DNA from: Anthoceros angustus
Lineage: Eukaryota > Plantae > Anthocerotophyta
Assembly: GCA_010909165.1 (NCBI GenBank)
Contig: MU008177.1
Coordinates: 1,107,309 to 1,171,308, forward strand
Length of the DNA: 64,000 bases
Reading direction: 5' to 3'
Part shown: positions 59,801-64,000 of the stretch, piece by piece
Numbering within the stretch: the first letter of the stretch is position 1
Layout: each line of letters begins with the position of its first letter
Made by a program: the position numbers and the translations under genes
The notes under the pieces: generated by a model
What the model was told of the DNA's origin: nothing
Databases searched by the model: none
The model's input: only the letters and a program-made list of their open reading frames with translations

Positions 59801-62800
59801 GCTCACGTCCTCCCCCGACCGTGGCAACCAACTCCTCGTCGAAATCGGTCATTGGCAGCAAGTCGCTCTCCGGTTTCGAGAAATGAAATCGACGTCGATC
59901 TTGCTTCCACAGCCTAGTTTCTACGTCATAATCAAACTCTTGCAGCGTAGTACCCACGGCAATCCTTCACGACAAATCGGCTTGTTCACAAGGTACTTCA
60001 GCGAAATGGTCAACATGAAGCGTCACTTTGCAAGCAAGCGGATAGTGCCTAAACTTCTTACGAGTAAATGATACCAAGACCCTCTCGCTCTGTGGTTGAG
60101 TAGTTCTTCGGCATCCGTGAGTGTCTCGGCATAGAAAATCGGATGGTCCGTTCTTCCTTACGGCTTAAGATGGTCCCAATGGCATAAGCGGACATCACGT
60201 ATACATGAAACGGTTTCTCCCAATCGGCGGTACATGCGTGGGTGCGCTCACAGCTGTCCTTGAAAAGCCTGTCTTGCAGTCCATTCGAAAGGTGTATCCT
60301 TCTTGGTCAATTGGGTCACAAAGGCTGCCTTCTTAGCAAAATCCTTGATGAACCTCCTGTAATATCCTACCGTCCTACAAAACGCACCTGCCTCACCGTT
60401 TGTTGTCCATCTCATTCTCGCCACCTTCTCCTTATCTACCGCAATCCTCTTCACACTCGATGTGCCAACAAAATACCTTCCGTCATGCCAAAATAACACT
60501 TCGGATGAAGCTTCATGTTGGACTCCACTTCGAAAACAACATCTTAGGTGTGCCCTAGGTGCGACTTCCTCCAAACAAAAATCATCCGAAATACCTCCAT
60601 GAACTTCCGAGAAAATCTCGGAAGATAGCATTCACCACGGAAAAGTGGCGGGGCGTTGCACCGAAGGTAGCTTGGAATAAGCGTAAGTGCCCCAATCGGT
60701 TGTGAGCGTAGTCTTGTCTGGTCCTCCCTCCTCGAAATCGATTGTAACCGGTACCCATCTAAGCATACATTTCATGGCCAGCCACCGTGTCCACCTGTCC
60801 ATGAAAGGCAAGGTGGTGGTCCTTCTTCGTTGCTTCATTAAGCTTCACGAAATCAGTACCTTCCCCTGCTTCTTAGGTACAATTACAATGGGGCGACTCC
60901 TTTGTAAGCATGGATAAATCACCCGGCTTCCAAGTATTGGTCGGTGATCCTTGGCGACCATAGAATACTTGGGATTCAGCTGTTGCTTGATCCTTACGAG
61001 TCTTGCCCTCCTTCAAATCGATTCGGTGTATCCCCAATTCTTTGAATTCTGTCATGTCGAATCTTGAAGGCAAACACATCGACATATTCTCTAAGGACCC
61101 TGAAATTCTTCTTTTCTACCACTCCTAGATGCAGATCTTGACCACCTTGGGTTCTAGCTCCAAGTCCTCTCTGGATCTACATAAGTCCCTTGATGCTACG
61201 CACTATTCCACGATCCTTCGTCGGGAAATCGCGATCATAGGCTCTACCCTTCCGAGGCTACTCCTTCTCTATGTGCCTCGTCCTCGACTCCTCCTCGACA
61301 CCATCTACTTGTAGGCGGTGTACACCAACTCAGTTTTATTCCCACCTCAAGCGGGGTCCTCGTAGCTCGGTCACGCCAAGAGCTCACCCCGTACTACGAG
61401 GTGTACCCGCCGGATGAGCGGACTCCCTTCATAGGGTGCCTTGCTCCATGACACAGCGACCTCGTGAGGCCCTACCCTACATGACTTAAATGTAATGCAT
61501 GCCGAAATCAAAGACACAAGCGGTACCATACAACCAAGGCTCTATCAAAACCTTGTAGCCTAGATCGACCGGCCTCATGACAATGTAGGTAAGATGGAAT
61601 GTGAGACCACCAATCACGGTTGGCACATTTCTCACACCCCAAAGGTTTCCTCCTTGTTTGATCGCCATCCTCAAGAACACTCGGATTGGGTTAAACTTGG
61701 TGAAACCAAGGCGATGGGCTGTCTCCTCATCATCAAGTTGACTCGAACCCGAATCTAATGGCACATTAGGCACCAAGCAACACAATCTCAATTTCAATCT
61801 CGCTCCCAAATCAACAAGTTCAACCACATTTACCTCCACCGGCCTCCTTCGTCCCCATGGGTTCGAGGATCCCCTAATCGCTTCCTTCACAATTTTGCGG
61901 GATCTTGGACTCACACGCAACAATTGTCTCAAGTGACCACAAATTCTCGGTCAAGCAATGCATCAATGGCCGGAGATCTTGTCGGCAATGTTTCCTCCCG
62001 TTTGCAGCCACGATGCTGGTCGGCTCCGACCTTATTGGTAAACTCCTCACACTCTTGGTCCCTTGTGGGACTCCATGATCGTGGTTGTCAATTTCGAGCT
62101 CCATGCCTCTTCTTCCATCTTGCATGTTGGGTGAGCCTCCTTAGCTCATCCTCCAACATTCGCCACTTCCTTCGATGTGGAAACACCTTCCTCCCCTCTT
62201 CCGCTTGTGGGTGGGTCACTCCCTCCCCTCCTACCATGGTAGGTTCGCCTCCTACCACCGTGGCGTTCCTCCTACCATGGTAGGAGCATCTCCTCACGGT
62301 AGGCGTCTTATGGACCTCTTCATTTCCTCCTCCTCTACCAAATTCCGACCCCAGTCTCGGAGGCCAAGGTGAGTCGTCCCTCACCTTCCTTTTCTTCCGT
62401 TCCTCTCGTTCACGCTTTCCGGATTTTCGGTCTTTCTCTGCTCGGATCGGTGGTAACTTTGGCCACCAACAGCCCTTTCTGCACTCATCTCTCCTTCATA
62501 CCCTTCTTCTACAATCCCACACTGGATTCATCAAGAAAATCAATTCGCACCTTCAAAACGGCGTTGTGGTCACGTGATTGCGGTTTCGGGTTGGGCGTTC
62601 CTTCGCTGCAGGCTCTGTGAACCTCACCAGGCGTCTGAGGCTACCCTTGCTACTCTGAACACCTTGGGTCACCTTGTGCCCCAACTCCTTGCATACTTGA
62701 CAAAAGGTACATAACCCATTTGTTTGAGGTTACGGGCATTCATTGAATAATGACCAGGTGTCCCTAATTATAACAGCACCGGTGGAATTGCCATTGGCCT

Positions 62801-63804
62801 TTGTGGCTCCGGTCTCCATGGTCCCGGTGAGGTAGGCGTGACCCATACCTCCCAGCCGGTCTTGCGGGTTGGTAAGTCGCCCTCATCGATTGAGGCGGGC
62901 GACTTCCGATGTTACTGCACTTGGTAAGCCTCATCCACGTACCAATAATCACCGGGCATGGATTCCACGTGATTCCACGGCGCGGTGCTCGGATACATTC
63001 CGGTTGGTGTGTCGGTTTGATGACAAATTGAGCAATACACCAAGCTGTCTTGCGGTGAGGTGACCTCGTGGAGCTTGATTTTTCACAGCCTTGACCTCCA
63101 ATTACATCAATCTTTTGTCAAAGCCTCCTTGCCCTGCAATCCCTCCTCCTGCGGTGGGCGTCTCCCTTCTCCATCCAATCGACCGTCTTCCCTTCCTCTC
63201 CTTCTCCGGTACGTTCAGCCTCCTCCTTGACCTTCTCCAAGTCCTTCCTCATCGTCGTTCATAGGCTTTCTCGGATTCTTCATCAGGCGTGGAGCTCTCT
63301 TGGGTACCACTCTCCTCACTTGCGGAAGAAGATGGGGACGAGCTGGAAGAGGAAGAAGAAGAAGAAGAGCTAGACCTCTGGACCCCTTCCTCTTCTTATG
63401 ACTCCTTCTCTTTTCCTCCTTCTTCCTAGCTCGGTGGATTCCCACTCCTCTCTAATCCTCAAACATAACCTTTAGCGGACTTTACTATGCAATTACTACT
63501 CCGGTGGTAAAACACCGTAGTAAAGAGACAAAGCGTTAATTCGTGGTAATGTCCTCATCCGTATATAGGGATAAATACTATAATTTAATACGGTATTTAT
63601 ATGATGTATTCTCTTCACGTGCCGGTTAATTCACTCTGATTGTAATTTCGACATAAATTACTTTCATCGTTTACTACGGGGTAAACCCATTTTAACCATG
63701 ATTAGTTATTAACTCGTGTCGTTTAAATCATCATTAACAAACCATGGTTTATTAAGCGGTGTGAATAAACCATGGTTAATTAAGCTGGTCTAATTTAAAC
63801 GATC

Positions 63805-63996
63805 GTAGTAAAACTCTTGTAGTAAAAGTAATGTAGTAAAACTCTTGTAGTAAAAGTAATATAGTAAAATTCTTGTAGTAAAAACAATGTAGTAAAACTC
63901 TTGTAGTAAAAGCAATGTAGTAAAACTTTTGTAGTAAAAGTAATATAGTAAAACTCTTGTAGTAAAAGTAATGTAGTAAAACCCTTATAGTAAAAG
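63805..63996. repeat. 28-bp satellite (TAGTAAAACTCTTG TAGTAAAAGTAATG)n made of two 14-bp subunits
   Basis: About 7 copies read directly. Confidence 0.9.
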
Positions 63997-64000
63997 CGCA

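Larger units (their letters stand above)
52331..63460 (-). mobile_element. Large Ty3/gypsy element Q (gag-PR-RT-RNaseH-INT + extra 3' ORF), decayed, 5' LTR not seen
   Basis: Knuckle CQVCKELGH (~62660-62705), protease VPLDSGSS (~61750), RT TTLTTDWGTYAYSKLP (~60680), RNase H TVGYYRRFIKDFAKKAA / LQEFDYDV (59900-60400), integrase GIDFVGPIKPP..YILVATDYCTK..TTPYNPKANG (58312-58746). Confidence 0.85.

Overview
This is eukaryotic nuclear DNA from an early-diverging land plant. A hornwort (Anthoceros-like) source is most likely; this is inferred from the DYW:KP/GRP-type PPR genes and short (~80-100 bp) GT-AG introns. The window is mostly transposon-derived. (1) At 1-8.6 kb is a near full-length Ty3/gypsy element with the order gag-PR-[C5 DNA methyltransferase]-RT-RNaseH-INT-[PHD finger]. 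A second, divergent DNMT-carrying Ty3 fragment lies at ~45-48 kb. (2) At 11.4-22.8 kb is a cluster of PLS-class PPR genes ending in a DYW:KP (HAE...GRP) deaminase-like domain. Every copy carries an N-terminal OSB-type PDF motif (LWxxFFxxPxxWWDNR..K....PDF....LWL), and the 5' cassettes are stacked by microhomology-bounded duplications. (3) A DDE transposase remnant lies at ~23 kb. A gene at 27.3-39.3 kb encodes a ParB/Srx-like domain plus a putative beta-class N6/N4 DNA methyltransferase-like domain, and one of its introns holds two nested copia elements with readable TSDs. (4) Two host genes, NHP2 and the 3' half of an INDL/NUBPL gene, sit at 41.5-43.1 kb. (5) Large minus-strand Ty3 elements with an extra 3' ORF occupy 48-63.5 kb. 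Smaller pieces include a 5S rRNA-derived (Cassandra-like) promoter fragment and an RLE-type (CRE-like) LINE 3' end. Almost all ORFs carry 1-2 nt indels, even the housekeeping gene NHP2, so consensus errors are likely and pseudogene status cannot be judged. All domain calls are from motif recognition by eye; no database searches were run.
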